Source of the DNA: Paraspadella gotoi
Lineage: Eukaryota > Animalia > Chaetognatha
Reading direction: 5' to 3'
Length of the DNA stretch: 62,412 nt
Assembly (NCBI GenBank): GCA_051294375.1
Contig: JBJCIZ010000282.1
Span: 627,878-690,289 of the forward strand
The number at the start of each line of letters is the position of its first letter. Positions within the stretch are counted from its first letter, which is position 1. The position numbers and the translations under genes are program-made. Positions 14,089-27,150 of the stretch are shown here, one piece after another. The notes beneath the pieces were generated by a model. That model was not told where the DNA came from. It searched no databases and saw only the letters and a program-made list of their open reading frames with translations.

Positions 14089-14288
14089 CTTTATGGTTCG
14101 AATCGTCCATCAACGGTTTACGAAGAAATCGTGCTAAGAGAGAAGGAAAAGGAAGAAGGGAAACGTGTCGTAACCGACGACGACCGCCGACGACTCGACC
14201 GAACACCACCAACCGTCTTCGAAAAACGTTTTTCGTTATAGGTACAAAAAATATTAAATTACGAAATGACGAAATGTCACTCGATCGG

Positions 14289-14327
<39 letters not shown>

Positions 14328-14408
14328 CTATCTCGAATCTTCGGAATTCTTTCTTCTCTCTCATCTCTCTCTCTCTCTCTCTTCTGAACTTCGAATCTCG
14401 AAATTCGG

Positions 14409-14458
<50 letters not shown>

Positions 14459-14569
14459 GACTCTCGAATCTCGAAAATCGGATTTCGGATCTCTCTCTCT
14501 CTTCCTCTCCCTCTCTCTCTCTCTCTCAGGGAAGACTGCTAACTGACGGTCGAAGAAAAGGCTCTTCAT

Positions 14570-17500
14570 TTTTTACTAGGTAAAAAAGTAAGATTCAATC
14601 TATGTACATATATTTACAAATTATCATTGGCAAACAATAATTAGGTGAGAAATTATTTATATTACATATTTACAAGGTCAAATTATTCCCCTTCTTTTTT
14701 TTTTCTCAAAAATTTCCTTTCATTCTCTTTGAGGGCGGTGGTATTTCGTAACATTCTTTTTCGGTATGATTTGATATGGAGGGTGATTAAAGGGCAAGTT
14801 TCTTAACTGGCATTACGAGAAAAACTTTAAGTCGACAGGATTAAACTTTTTTGATAATTCAACAAGATACATTAAATGTCTATGGACTACGTAACAACAT
14901 GATTTAGTTATATTGTACATTTTGAAAATATAACTTTTTACGTAGTCCTTCATACCGATTTTTCCGCCGCAGCGCTATCCACCCTTTCAGTCTAATCTTT
15001 TTATCATAATTCTTTTTATAGTCGGAAGTCAAAAAACTTGTAAGCTTTGGCCTTCAGACCGGCAAACTGCCGCTATTTGGTTCGGTGGTAAGTCGATTCT
15101 TAAATTTCCATTAACTTTTTTCGTTCTTTTCCATTCGAAAAGAGTTCCTTTATATTCATTATGGGTGAATAAGGATGATCTTTATCCGATTGCTACATCC
15201 ACAACTTTGTAATTTAGCCATGTGATTTATAAAGAAAAATCCGGACCGTCTGACTTTGAATTGAATAATACTTTTAGGCATACCGAATCTGTATCGGAGG
15301 CGAGGACTCTCACGTATGTCGTTCCGGGGAAGGTGCGGAAACTGGGCAATATGAATTCATGGAGGCATATCTGGAGGTAATATTTGAAAGGTCTAACACG
15401 CCACCCTCGTAAAGATACAGTCGTCACAGTACCTTTTTTTGTAAGATTTGCGTAAATCAATTTTCTGATAAGGATCATCGCGTCGATGAAGGCGTGGTCG
15501 GATATGGTCTTCAACGCCTCCTCCTTCGCTAGTAATAAACTTAAAATTTAGTGATTTGCCTCCCGCGCCGACTAACTTGCCGTAGACTACGTTCGAGACA
15601 ATTTTGCTCTAGAACATTGTATTTTGCTCTTAGATTTTGCCCTTAGATCATATTTCCTGCACAACTCTCGAAACAGCACCTTTTGGCGAAAAAAAAATAA
15701 TATTATTGACTCTGGTCAGTTTCACTCCTTTCGTCAGCAAATACTTAAGAAAAAGGAAATGTATGAGATTTTTTTTTTCTTGTTAAAATCTACAAGATTA
15801 ATTTTTGAACTTTAGCATTTTTCGTTCCGGTTTTAGCCATAAGAATCTTAGTGAATGGGGACAGTTCGTCGGGTCAGGATTCTGTTTTCGGTCAGGGGGG
15901 GAACACGTCGAACAAATGCTTCGTCTTTCGTGTAAACTAAATCCACATTAAGAAATAAAACCTATTTTACCAAAATTATCTATATTATTACCGGAATTGA
16001 TTAAAACTTCTCTTTTAATTTCTTTCAGTTCCCGACCCCTAATATCGTAACCGCGTAAGGCAATTTATACTTTAATAAAATACGGCATATAAAGAGTTGA
16101 TTTCTAAGCAAAATGAGCAGGAATCGTAAAGAGGGGTGAGGTGATATCTCAGACCTCGCCAAATTTCTTCACCCCCCCTCCTTCCTTCCCTCTCCTGTTC
16201 TCCGAATCGATGCCCTCCCGATTGTGTATGATTTTTTAGCTAAAATTAAAGCTTCTTTCCGCTTCCTCTAATAATTTATCGCTTATTTTGCGATATCTTT
16301 CGGATGGGTTTGGTAATTAATTCGTCGTTCGATTGAGCGATAATTCACGAAAAACCCGACCAACCCCCGTATGTGATCGCGAATTTCTTTGTAAATATCG
16401 ATGGATCTGAGCATTCTAATTTTACGTTAGATTTATACTTACAAGCGTCAAATGCGAAATGCAATGGTAACGAAAATAACGAGTTATGTCTAATTTAAAA
16501 TAGATATAATTTCTTTTTCTTAAATTAACGATATTGTCTAATAATAGAATGGTGTCAATTTTACATAAATGCTGGCGTACTCTCCCAATTTTTTGCATTT
16601 TAATTTTTATACATGTCTAAAGCTTCCTGATAGTCCTCTCCGAAATGTTTTTTCGTTTGAGTCGGAATAGAAATCTTCGTGCTTAGGGAATTCCGTTGTT
16701 TGAACACTTCACCCTTGAAGAAAATCGTAGAAAAAGTTTGCTTTTCTGAGGAACCTGGGGGCTAGGATTCATCATATATTCTTTACAAATTGATGGTATA
16801 AAAAAAATTTTCTTAGTTTTTGCGCATTCTGGGCATGGGGTTCCGACCCTTTTCGCGACACGAGTCGCAAGTTTATTTTCGACTAATTTCTCACAGGGAG
16901 TCCAGGCTCTCAAATTAAAGTAGTTACACGAATCGAGAAGCGAAAAGGCTCAGTCTTTACACTCTTACAGATTTTTTTCCTTTCGTTGTTTATTAAAACT
17001 CTAATCCTTCTCTTTCTTCTTTTTAGGTGATTCATTCGTCTCGTTCACCGCGTTCATCATCGTCACTGTCATCTCGTATTGGAGTACTCGTTCGAATCGG
17101 CCCCCGTCGTGAGTCGAACTCCCATCCGTCATCGTCGGACTGGCATCGGGTTTCTCACCGGCTTCCACCGCTCCCGGGCCTCCAACGTTTCCACTCGGTC
17201 GTAAGCTTCGTAATACGGGCATGTCGGCGAAACCCATCTTTCTCCTCTTTTTTCTCTCTTCTGCTATGTTGGAACGCCCCTTGTATATTCTTCGATCTTT
17301 TCTCTTCTTTCTCGGCTCTGCAATTCAGGCAAAAGAAGCGATATGCTGACCTCATGACCTTTTCTTCCGTCTTACCCAATACGTCCACTCTGCGAAAATA
17401 AATGGCTAAGTTCGCTATGAGAGGAAGAATCTGGGTAAAATCATAACTGAGATTTTGTATGGCATAATTATTTCGCTCTTGTCTATCAATGCCAAATTCA

Positions 17501-20070
17501 TCGATTGCAAACTATAGCATATATTTTATGTTAAATGTGTAATTCAGTCAAATGTTACCGGATAAATGTTCGTGATGTAAAACTTTACTTGTTTCTGAAA
17601 TAATAAATCATTTTTCTAGGGAAGAAATCTTACATAATTCACAATTTTTTGCTCTTTTGTACTCTTTGCGGATTTTATCCGTTATTTTAATTCTTATTTG
17701 TAGTTATGAGTTTGTTTTGTTCATATGAATCGTTATACAGAGAATCCAAAAAATGTTTTTGAACCTGGTAATTTTCAAATTTTCTTCCTCTCAGCCTGAT
17801 AGTGTCTGATAGGAAAGGTATGTGTTTTATCATAGGTATTAATTATCTGATAAGCGTATGAAACCAATCTTAAATTACTTAGATTTACTTCGTTTTAAAA
17901 ATTCATGCATGGCATGTCGCTATGCCATTTTTCGCAGTCCTGCGTGTCGTTTTCGTGCTTGAATTGACACAAGGTCTGTTCTTGGTCTCTCCCTCCAATG
18001 GATGTATCTCTATTCAGATTCAAATTTTTATTCAAGTATTTATCGCTTCGGTGTCGCAAGCGGCCATGAATTCGAACAGTAAAACGAAGACCATGATTTA
18101 AATTCGATGTGAGTGCCCGGTGGGGTCAGTACAAATTTTTGATTTCTTTTCTTTGAAAACATGTTTCGTAATGCTGATCTTTTTAAGTATTAACTTCCAA
18201 AGGATCTTAAACATTTAACGCAGAAGAACTTCGTACGAGTATTCCTGCTTATGGATGACGCAAGGAGTCTGGAGATGATCAATGACCATGAAGTGGCTGC
18301 GCCTTTTCCGGCTGTATATAGTGAGATCGAACTGCGGTTCTCGTTGCACGAGCTAATGAAAAACGGGAAAATTTCTAATTTCTTATTCTTATATTCGTAT
18401 GTGTAAATATGAATGGCAAATAAATTTTTATTAAGTTTCTCTAGTTTTTCAATTTGCTTCGGACTGGTGATCGGAAAATTCACGCCTTCGTAATTAATGT
18501 ATTTGAAAATGGTCTAAAATTTTTTTCGTATTTCTGCGCGTTTTTGCGAAAAAATTGAAAATTGATGCTATTATACAATTCAACAGACATTTACCCCCTT
18601 ACTTGGAACGTTTTAAAAGCGCGTTCTTTCTTGCGATGAATTTTGGATTTTTGGTGACCCTCCACCGACACTCATAATATTTTTAAAACGAAATATATTT
18701 AAATTTTTAAAAATTACTGTGTATAGATAGACGAGTCCGGATCGTTTCAGCGTCAGTTTGGAAATTTCATAAAACAAATTTTCGAATATCCTGTTTAACG
18801 TGTCCCGTAACCCGTCACCGCGGATCAAGATTTCTACGGGTTGTTGACTTTCGTAATATATCAAGTCGGCGTCTTCGATGTGTTCGACGTCGCTCTCTTC
18901 CCCCCATCTGTGGACGTGCCAACGGCGGAAAATAATGCTAAACAAATTTTTACTGAAAACTTGATAGATTTTTGTTTTTTTAGTTCTCGAAGTATAATAT
19001 TACTAAAAAGCGGTTTGGCTCTCTTAAGCAATTCGACAAAATCGGCCGACTCTTCGCGAGGAACGAATCTAAACGATTGAATTATTTTGCCTAATGATTT
19101 TTGATACGAACTTAAAATAAAATCAACGTTATTTTGAGAATAAACCGAATAAAGACTCTCGTATTCGTCCTCTTTACCGAGTTGGCTATTTTTTTTTTTA
19201 AATTATTGTTAGTAAAATGCTTACGGGTTACAATCTCTTCGTCCTCCCAGTCGTCGGACTCTTCCTCTCGAAGCTCCGGCGGTTCCTTCGTCGTCGTTGG
19301 TTCCTCTTCGTTGCTGGGTGGTGTGGGCTCGCTGTGTGGTAAGAACTCGTTGCTGGGTGGTGGGGGGTCGGCGTTCGCGGGATTCGGTTTGGCGGTATCC
19401 TTGTTACGTGGGGTGGAATTGAAGTTCTCGTGATTCGCTTCGGTGGAAGATGGCATTGGGGGAACTTGACCTCGTGCCGAACTTTCTCCCGTTCCTCTTT
19501 GCGAAGAATGGATCCATGAGTCGATGGGGCGCTGAATCCAAAAGTCGCGAGAACGATAGGGATCGAACGGCATGGTGGATCGTTGATTCTTTAAAAACGA
19601 TATGATGTCGGGAGAGTTCAGCGTTTTCACAAGAAGTTTTTTAACTTTTTTTGTTTTTTATTTCAAAGTGATCCGTGATTACGTGTTTAAAGTACAATGT
19701 CAAGTNNNNNNNNNNNNNNNNNNNNNNNNNGTGGTAAATGTTTGTGTGTTAGAAAAAATTTACATGATCCGCAATTTGGGTTCTGATAATTACGAATTTG
19801 TGATATTAGTAATTTTTTTCTTTTCGTTTTTCCGTTTCCATGATTTAGTTGTAGGGGGGGGTTGTGGGGGGTAAGGGGGGCGTTAGTAATTCCATGATGA
19901 TCGCTTCGTTCGCCGCAATATCCTGACGGTCTCCTTCGCTCGGTGGTGGAGTTGGTGAGTTCATCATCACATCTTCTTCTGCGGGTGGACGGGTCGAAAA
20001 AATAATCGTTTATGTACATTCTTCGTGGTATGGGTAGCTTCGAGAATTCGGCGTAAAAAGTCATTTCCAT
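14570..20070 (-). CDS. pPolB: Protein-primed family B DNA polymerase, full length (~5.5 kb, many 1-nt indels): N-terminal extension, terminal-protein region, EndoVII-like Zn finger, 3'-5' exonuclease, polymerase
   Basis: ExoI CDTEA (~18044-18058), CELC..HHEHLSG..CN (~17500-17650), ExoII NLSYD (~17445), ExoIII YVKIDTILL (~16550), motif A EINSLY (~16090-16106), motif B KLSxNVVYGK (~15577-15606), motif C ASDTDS (~15286-15303), QFAGLKAKAY (~15040-15070); some motifs need single-base frame corrections. Confidence 0.92.
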
Positions 20071-20142
20071 GTTTAGTAGAAAACATTCGTAACAGGCGCA
20101 ATTAAGTTCTTGTTGGCATAAATTATCGTTTGTCCATTTTTT

Positions 20143-20748
20143 TTAAATAGGTCGTCGATGAGTTGCTGTATGAAATCTGGGGGTCTTCCGCTTCCGGATT
20201 CATCGAATCGTGATGGACGACGTTGTCGGTTGTGAGAACGGCGTCGTGAAACTCGTTGTTGGGTGACGGTGACGGGGGGTACGGTGTCAGGATCGGTATC
20301 GTAGAAAAATCGGATATTTTCGAAGCGAAAATACGAATCTACTTTTCGGCGCTCGATCGCGCGTGGAATTTTTTTCGGTGGGAACGAAAGTCCAGGGGGG
20401 CGTCGTTGTCGTCGGTCCTTAGCGACAATTCTCTGAGATGTTCTCCGGCGGTTTGTAACGGTTTGGTAACGCTGACGGTTCGGGAGTAGAATTTTTTATT
20501 TCGATTTGTTTCGCAAAAAGTTTAAAGGACGAAATGAGTTGTTCCTGTTGCGCGCGGATGGTGTGGCAATTTTCACAGTGTTTGGCAATTTCGTTCTTGC
20601 ATAACAAAATTATTTTGTCTTTTACTTGTTGAGGAAAATCATTTGTTCGCTTACTTTGTATATGGTTAGAGACTGTCGAAAAAAGTTTCGTTCTGTTTTC
20701 GTTCGTTCTTCTTCGAAGAAATTAAGGAAAATGAGGACTCGATGCCAT
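20143..20748 (-). CDS. E1A-like/'oncoid' PLDLS ORF, copy B (frameshifted)
   Basis: ORF 20419..20607 LCKNEIAKHCENCHTIRAQQEQLISSFK matches 59146..59763; DDNDAPLD is retained. Confidence 0.7.
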
Positions 20749-20875
20749 GGTGCGAAATGGGGAGAATGACGTCGATTCGTTTTTCCGTCGAATCGAAACG
20801 CGATCGTCATGGTTCAGATGGCACGCCGACCGCCGCGTTTACGGAAAACATTGACAGATGTTTTGAGTTTGCGGT

Positions 20876-20877
<2 letters not shown>

Positions 20878-20923
<46 letters not shown>

Positions 20924-20994
20924 CGTTATGTCTCCCCTCTCTCTTCTCTCTCTCTCTTCTCTCCTCTCTCTCTCTCTCTCTTAACGTTTTTATG

Positions 20995-21047
<53 letters not shown>

Positions 21048-21067
21048 TCTAACTATTCTTCTCTCTC

Positions 21068-21100
<33 letters not shown>
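20878..21100. repeat. (CT)n microsatellite block, representative of many that fill intergenic spaces of the element (also 13150-13480, 14295-14530, 36015-36140, 53035-53255, 59900-60048)
   Basis: Seen directly, at equivalent positions in different copies. Confidence 0.95.
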
Positions 21101-21309
21101 TTCGGTGGTTTTCATTCTTTGCCTTCTTATCTATAAATGACTAATGACCCTAGAGTCTCGCGAAAGTTTTTCTTCCTGTCAACTGATAAGTTTTCTTCCA
21201 TTGTTCGCTTTTCACTTTCACTTTTCACTTTTCACTTTCTCGCTTCTCACTTTTTTTTCGCTGCTTTTTCCGACTTCAAGTTTTTTCTCGACTTTTCTCT
21301 TTCTTCCTG

Positions 21310-21348
<39 letters not shown>

Positions 21349-21358
21349 AACAACGAAG

Positions 21359-21665
21359 ATGATTGGCTCATGATCACGATATACTGCTTCACGCGTCGCC
21401 GTCGCCTCGTCCAGTCATCCCGATGACTATTATATTATTGCGGGGTTCTATACCGAGCCGCCGGCCGTCACAGCTTCAACGTTGAGAGATGACGCCGCGC
21501 CTTCCACCTTCGGCTTTTTCTGACCGTCGCGCCGACGACCCCGCCAATCGATTGGAACAATTTTTTTCGGCGGGTATTTCGAATTGGCGCGGGCGAAGGC
21601 CGACGCTTCTCGGGGAACCACGAGGATCGCTACGACGCCGGCGATCGAAACGAAGCCCCGCCGGT

Positions 21666-21696
<31 letters not shown>

Positions 21697-22668
21697 TCGC
21701 ATCGTGAAGTACACGCCGACGACGAGCGCGTTGCCGTGGCCGCGATCGTCGAGCGCCGCGTCGCGACAACTAAGCCGCGCGACGACGACTGATGCCGCGC
21801 ACGTATCGACGACTGATGACCGCGCCGCCCTGACGACGACGACCGCTGTGTGTCATCTCGCCGGCGTTCGAATGCCGTTTCGGCGACGAGAGACGACGAT
21901 GTGATGGTGATTCTCTCGGAATGAGACTGATCGAACGCCGGGGCATCATCGTCCGATGGAACCGAGGTAAAAAATATGCGGGTCTTCGCGTCTTTAGGGC
22001 AATCGTTATATCCGAAAAAAACTTTTTTCAGTCGTCGTGGGCAGATGGCGAGTCCGAAAGCTGGGCGCGGGGACGAATCGGTGATGACGAGGTAATCGAT
22101 GCTAATAGCCAATTTTTCTCTTTCGTTCAAATTGATTAGTTTTTTAATTTTTTTTACAGCTGGTGATAATTCCTCCGTTAGCTTCGCGAGTTATGCCGGG
22201 GCCTACGGTCACTTGTCTGCGTGATCGTAGGTTTATTCTACGTCATTCATCGAGTGAAGCGACGTGGACGTCGTCCCGGGGAGACGCCCGAGCCCTCCCC
22301 CCTCGAGAGAGTGTCTCGAGATGACATTTGCTGCCCGGACGCGAAAGGAAGAGATCGATCGAAGCGAGGACTCTCCCGGGTTCGAGTACGACGTTGCCCG
22401 CCGACGAGCGATTCTCCTTAACGTCGATCTAACGCCCGAATTTCGGTCAGCCTTTGCGGCGTTCATAATACGCTGCCGAGGTCTTTCGTTCATCGGGTCA
22501 AGTTCACGGCCCCGGCCGGTGCGGAGAAAACATTTATGGAGGTATAGAAAGGGTTGTGGAAAGCGAGGAGGATCTCGCTAGTTGGGGACGATGGGGGGAT
22601 GATGAATCTGGTGGGGGGATCGCCTATTTGACTCCCCTCGCTTTCCCACTTACGAGAGCGTGGATTGA
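21359..22668 (+). CDS. Spliced type I membrane mucin-like glycoprotein, copy B (divergent variant, indels)
   Basis: Homologous to 60257-61569; GT-AG introns at 21967-22031 and 22092-22159; transmembrane segment VIVGLFYVIHR. Confidence 0.75.
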
Positions 22669-22670
22669 TC

Positions 22671-22716
<46 letters not shown>

Positions 22717-22734
22717 GGTCTTTCCCGCTGTCGG

Positions 22735-22775
<41 letters not shown>

Positions 22776-22896
22776 TCTCTCTCTCTCTCGTGTCTGATAA
22801 TAAATTTAAATTTTTTTGGCACGAGTTCGAACACTTTCCCCGTTTGAACGATTGAATCTTGTTAAACGAAGAAACTAAAATTCGAAAATTCTAAAA

Positions 22897-23250
22897 ATGG
22901 CTATCAAAAAATATTATTTGAAACGACTTGCGAATCCAGTGACGATCGCGTAAGTAATAATAGTATATTTAAAATTGAAAATAGATTTTAAAAATATTTG
23001 TTTGTTATACTTTAAAGCTATCCACTACGATGAACGGGAAGGTGTTTCAAGCTCAGCCATCCTGGCACGAGACGGAGATTATACTCGTAGTAGTTGTAGC
23101 CATATGATTATTGTGTCTGTCATTGTTTATTATTGATGTGCATGCCAAAAATAAACTGCGTAGGTTAGTTTCTAGATTTATTTCCTACTGTTCCTAACAT
23201 GTTCGTAGTTAGTCTCGTTCCTTTGATAGATGTAGAAACCTATGTCTTGA
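22897..23250 (+). CDS. Spliced small single-pass membrane protein with ..DVETYV, copy B (indels)
   Basis: Homologous to 61729-62077; intron 22950-23017 (gtaagt...tttaaag); gat gta gaa acc tat gtc followed by AATAAA. Confidence 0.7.
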
Positions 23251-23545
23251 ACAATAAAAAATTATTTGCCAATGAATAATTCTATTGCTGTAGTTAACTG
23301 CTGGAATAAGATATCGGGGAACCCGCAATCACGAAAGTTTTTTATGGGCACGCGTCCATCAGAGTGGCAGAAGTAAACATTGCCTCTGGGTATGAGCTGT
23401 CAACGATGTGACGAGTTTTGAAGGAATATGCAGCGGCGCCGCAGTTTAGCCCGTAAAAAGAGGACATCGATGGTTTCTAGATGTATGTTCGCGCCTGGAT
23501 TTGGAACAGACGCCGGTATATTCTGTCTGTCTCTCTCTCTCTTCT

Positions 23546-23596
<51 letters not shown>

Positions 23597-25000
23597 ATAA
23601 CCTGAAATGTCTGTTCGCGCAGCGGGTTGGAATCGCGGCGTAATCATTTATCTTCGCGCGCCGCGTTTGCACAGGCTCGATTCGTTGATTTGCATTGTGA
23701 CCGACGCGCCTCTCGGTGTCCTAATGCCACCTACTCATGCGGTGATGAATATAAAAAACTATGACAATACTAGTTGGATGAAAATACGTTGATGAACTAA
23801 TTTAAATATCTCCTGTAATATAACGAGAAATTTTATTAATGCCTAATATTCGACTTTGCCTTTAAAAATAAGTCATTAATATGGGTTGCTCCATGTAAGT
23901 TTCTGCCGTCAATTGTACATCCTAGAAAGCTAACTATACTGTTGTCACAAACAGGGATCTCTCAGAATAAAAAAGTTGTACATCCCATAGTTTTTAAAGA
24001 CAGGACATCTTTGTAACTAGGATACATTTAATTTTGCTTGGGCATAGTCCTAAAAACACGTGTTTGCCACCATTCCTTCCAGACGAGAAGGGTTGCTTGT
24101 AGAGATCTACACGCTGCATCTTAAGCTTTCGTTGAGACTGACCAGCGCAGAAGAGCTCATCGGCGCATATTGTGAGGCATTATCTATGACCTTTGTCTTA
24201 GGTCGAATTGTTAGTGCGTGGTTGGTGCATGAATAATCATTTTGTATTAGCAAGTGGTTTTTATTATAGGAAGATCCTCTATTATAGAACGCAAATAGTT
24301 TCTGGACTTAGCGACTGCTCCTTGTGGTGAGCCACACAGAATTGTCAATCAAATCAGAACTTTTCTCCTAGTGAAACAACACCGAAATTTTCTATTTGTC
24401 AAAAATGAGCAAATTATTTTTAACATGCCATATGTGTAGTTTAACTATTGGATTAATTTGTGCTATATGAGACCTTGTAGCCAAATGTTGTCAAAAGCTT
24501 TTTGCATAGTCTAGCGCTTGACAAGGAGAAAAAGAGAGAGAGAGAGAGCGACATATAATTTAAAAACGTTTTCTGCTTTGTAAATAAACATAAACAGAAT
24601 ACCAATATTGAATATGAAACATGCAGAATTGTTTAAAAGATCTGATGATAAAGAAGCCATATATGAAAATTCAACTCCTATGATATCACACTTTCAGAAG
24701 CCCATGCTGATGCCCAAAAAAGCGAGACGAAAGCTAAACCGAAAAAAAAAAATCTAGACAGGACGGGCTTTGCCCCCGCCTGGCTCGATAATAGAGGATA
24801 TTTGTTTGTTTTGAATAAAATCCGTAAACAAAACATTTAAATAACTGCTCCTGACTCAATTTTTAAGGACATCGATGATGACAAGCTTTGAATATAAATT
24901 ATAATTAATCTATAATTAATTAATTAATTATAATCTATAATTAATTAATTAATCTATTAGATTAGATTAATTAATTAATCAATAATTAATTAATTATCGC

Positions 25001-25746
25001 TAGGCCAGATCCGACATTGTTTGCTCAAACTTGTTTTATACTGAATTAGAAAAAAATGCTAATAGAGCAGACATTTTTAAATCAAATTTGAAACGTTTTT
25101 AAACTTTAACCCTTAAAATTCTTTACTAACTGGAACGCGTTTATCAAAATGCTCTCTCTATTACATTTTTACAAATGTTTTTAAGATTGTTCATCAAATT
25201 TTTAAATCAATATTATTGCAGTCGTTTAGGCCATGCCAAACTCTCACTATTCAGTGTAGATTCATTGTAGCTCGAATTTACTTTACCTTTCATTTAACTG
25301 AAGATTTTTAATGACTGCTAAAACCAACTAGAGAAACAAGATTAATTGTTTTAATCCTTCCTTCTAAATTTGCCTTTACCGCTGTTTTAATTGCTTACCT
25401 AAAAATTTTTAACAACCAGATGAAAAAACAAATCTATAGAAAATGTGTTTGTCTATTTACCGATTAAAAAAAATTAAAACAGAATTTTTTACATATAAAT
25501 AAAAAAACTTTTTTTTTTCTTGGTTGATTACTTGCGTGATTTTATAATGTATTTCTCGATATATTAGCTCTTTAAACATCAATGATTATGCTCATTGTTA
25601 AGTTTGAATGACCTCCTCTAACCGCGATTCTTTTTTAGTCCTACCACCGAAGTTATGTATCTTTCCATCTTTTCTAATAGCTATAATAGTTACTTTTAAT
25701 AAACCAAATAAAAACAAGTTTGAGCAACACATGTCGTAACTGCCTA
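25001..25746. mobile_element. MITE-like non-autonomous DNA transposon with ~36-bp imperfect terminal inverted repeats
   Basis: taggccagatccgacattgtttgctcaaacttgtttt (25001-25037) is inverted at aaaacaagtttgagcaacacatgtcgtaactgccta (25711-25746); related ends at ~7925 and ~28075, all next to (TTAA)n tracts. Confidence 0.7.
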
Positions 25747-26499
25747 CGAAAATTAATTAATTTAATTAAATCGATTAATTTAATTAATTCAAATAATCAC
25801 TGATGTTTTCTCTTTCTGATATAGGTTTTTATTTCCTCTTGCTTTTTAACAAAAAAGCCTACTAAAAAGGAATGCCCACATTACTTGAATTTGCTCTGCG
25901 CCGTTTTTAGAGCCTTAATTATGTTAATTACTACTAATTTATGTTACATGTTATACTATTAAGAAGGCTCCATTAAGTATATAGAAATTAACTCCTTGAC
26001 TTCTAAATGCGGTGAAATTCAAGTCAATTCAATCTCATCAGCCCGAGTCCGCATTAGGAGGCTATACCAAAACCAAACAATATGCATAATAATTAGACTC
26101 TTCTCTAACTGAAACGGAAAATCTTAAAGTGAGCAAATGAAGAACTCCATAGAAATATAACTAGCGACCATCTATTACTATCCTATGGCCAACTGAACTG
26201 ATTATTCGGGCTTGGAAAATATTCCACATCTAATTCCCGTCAAACTGTGCACTCAGTAGTGGGACGTTTTTAAAGCGGGAGAAGGCCCTTATTGACTTTC
26301 AACCAAAATTGGACCCCAATCTTTCAGAAGCGTTTATGAAGAGCAGATGTCATTCTTTTAAGCTGCCCGTGTCACATAGTGGTTTTTGCCAATTGTTCTT
26401 GTCGTATTGCCCTTTAATAGTTTAGAACAAGCTCTGGTTATGTTAAGTATTCTTCAATTAAAATTTTAGTCGGCTCTGCTTATATCAGCAGATCGTCGA

Positions 26500-27150
26500 C
26501 TCTATAATTCACTAAGACGGTCCGGTCGGCCGCCCCTCAATTTTGTCGGGCATTCACTTATACATGCCTAAGAACATCGAAATTAGGATAAAATTATGGC
26601 CAAAAAAAAAAAAACGATGATCCGTCCGTCCGGTCTGCTCGTCCATCCCACCTCTAGCAAAAAACTCTATTAATCATTTATGTTTAATTAATTAGTCAAT
26701 AATTAATTAATCAGTCAATCAATTAATTATTATATCAATCAATTTATTATCTATTAATTAATATTCAATCAATCGATTCTATTTATCAATTAATTAAATT
26801 ATTTAATTCAATCAAGCAATCAAGTCAATCGTTATCGGCATTTATTGTCGTCGCGCCATCATCGTCGTTGCCCTTTTGTCATTGGTAAGTGACGAAAAAA
26901 CAAAACATTTTGGTATCAAATTAATTAGTTTATTAATTTATTAATATTATTACCGCTTAATGATTCGTGCCGAGTAGGAAATGAAGTTTCAATGGAAAAA
27001 ACAAAAGTCATATTTACTTGGAAGAATTTTTTACTATATATTTACTCATAATTGAATAAAAATTGGATAGATAATGAAAATGAAATTTTGTGTGTGTAGG
27101 AAACTTATTGAGCATTAAGCTGCTATATAAGTTTTTTATGGAATCGTAGG
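26500..27150 (+). repeat. Dispersed repeat, second copy at ~38330-38890
   Basis: Shared blocks such as cgtccgtcc..tagca(c)aaaaaactc and tggaaaaaacaaaagtcatatt..tactcataatt. Confidence 0.7.

Larger units (their letters stand above)
14081..23740. mobile_element. Polinton/Maverick copy B: complete pPolB, PLDLS ORF, mucin-like gene, small membrane gene and probable terminus
   Basis: Full set of pPolB motifs plus a cassette collinear with 59100-62412; left extent uncertain. Confidence 0.9.

Noticed and set aside
14081-14569. ORFs with RERERE or SLSLSL runs (also 20742..20984, 22490..22855, 51145..51693, 53117..53377)
   Set aside because: Largely translations of (CT)n/(GA)n microsatellites
15286-16106. 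Non-canonical catalytic motifs (EINSLY for DxNSLY; ASDTDS for YxDTDS) as evidence of altered polymerase chemistry
   Set aside because: Seen in a single noisy copy only, so sequencing error cannot be excluded
19955-19990. Possible LxCxE Rb-binding motif (RRCDDEL) near the pPolB N-terminus; also LLCKNE in the PLDLS ORF
   Set aside because: The four copies disagree at the first site and neither reads L-x-C-x-E; needs a polished consensus
14570-20070. Frameshifts as programmed frameshifting or proof of ancient pseudogenisation
   Set aside because: Indels sit mostly in homopolymers, differ between copies and vary with local sequence quality, as expected for uncorrected long-read error; coding status cannot be judged
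23725-23740. cctact as the Polinton right terminus (..ACTACT/CT-3')
   Set aside because: Too short, no matching left end or 6-bp target-site duplication could be identified, and the window ends before the equivalent point in copy D
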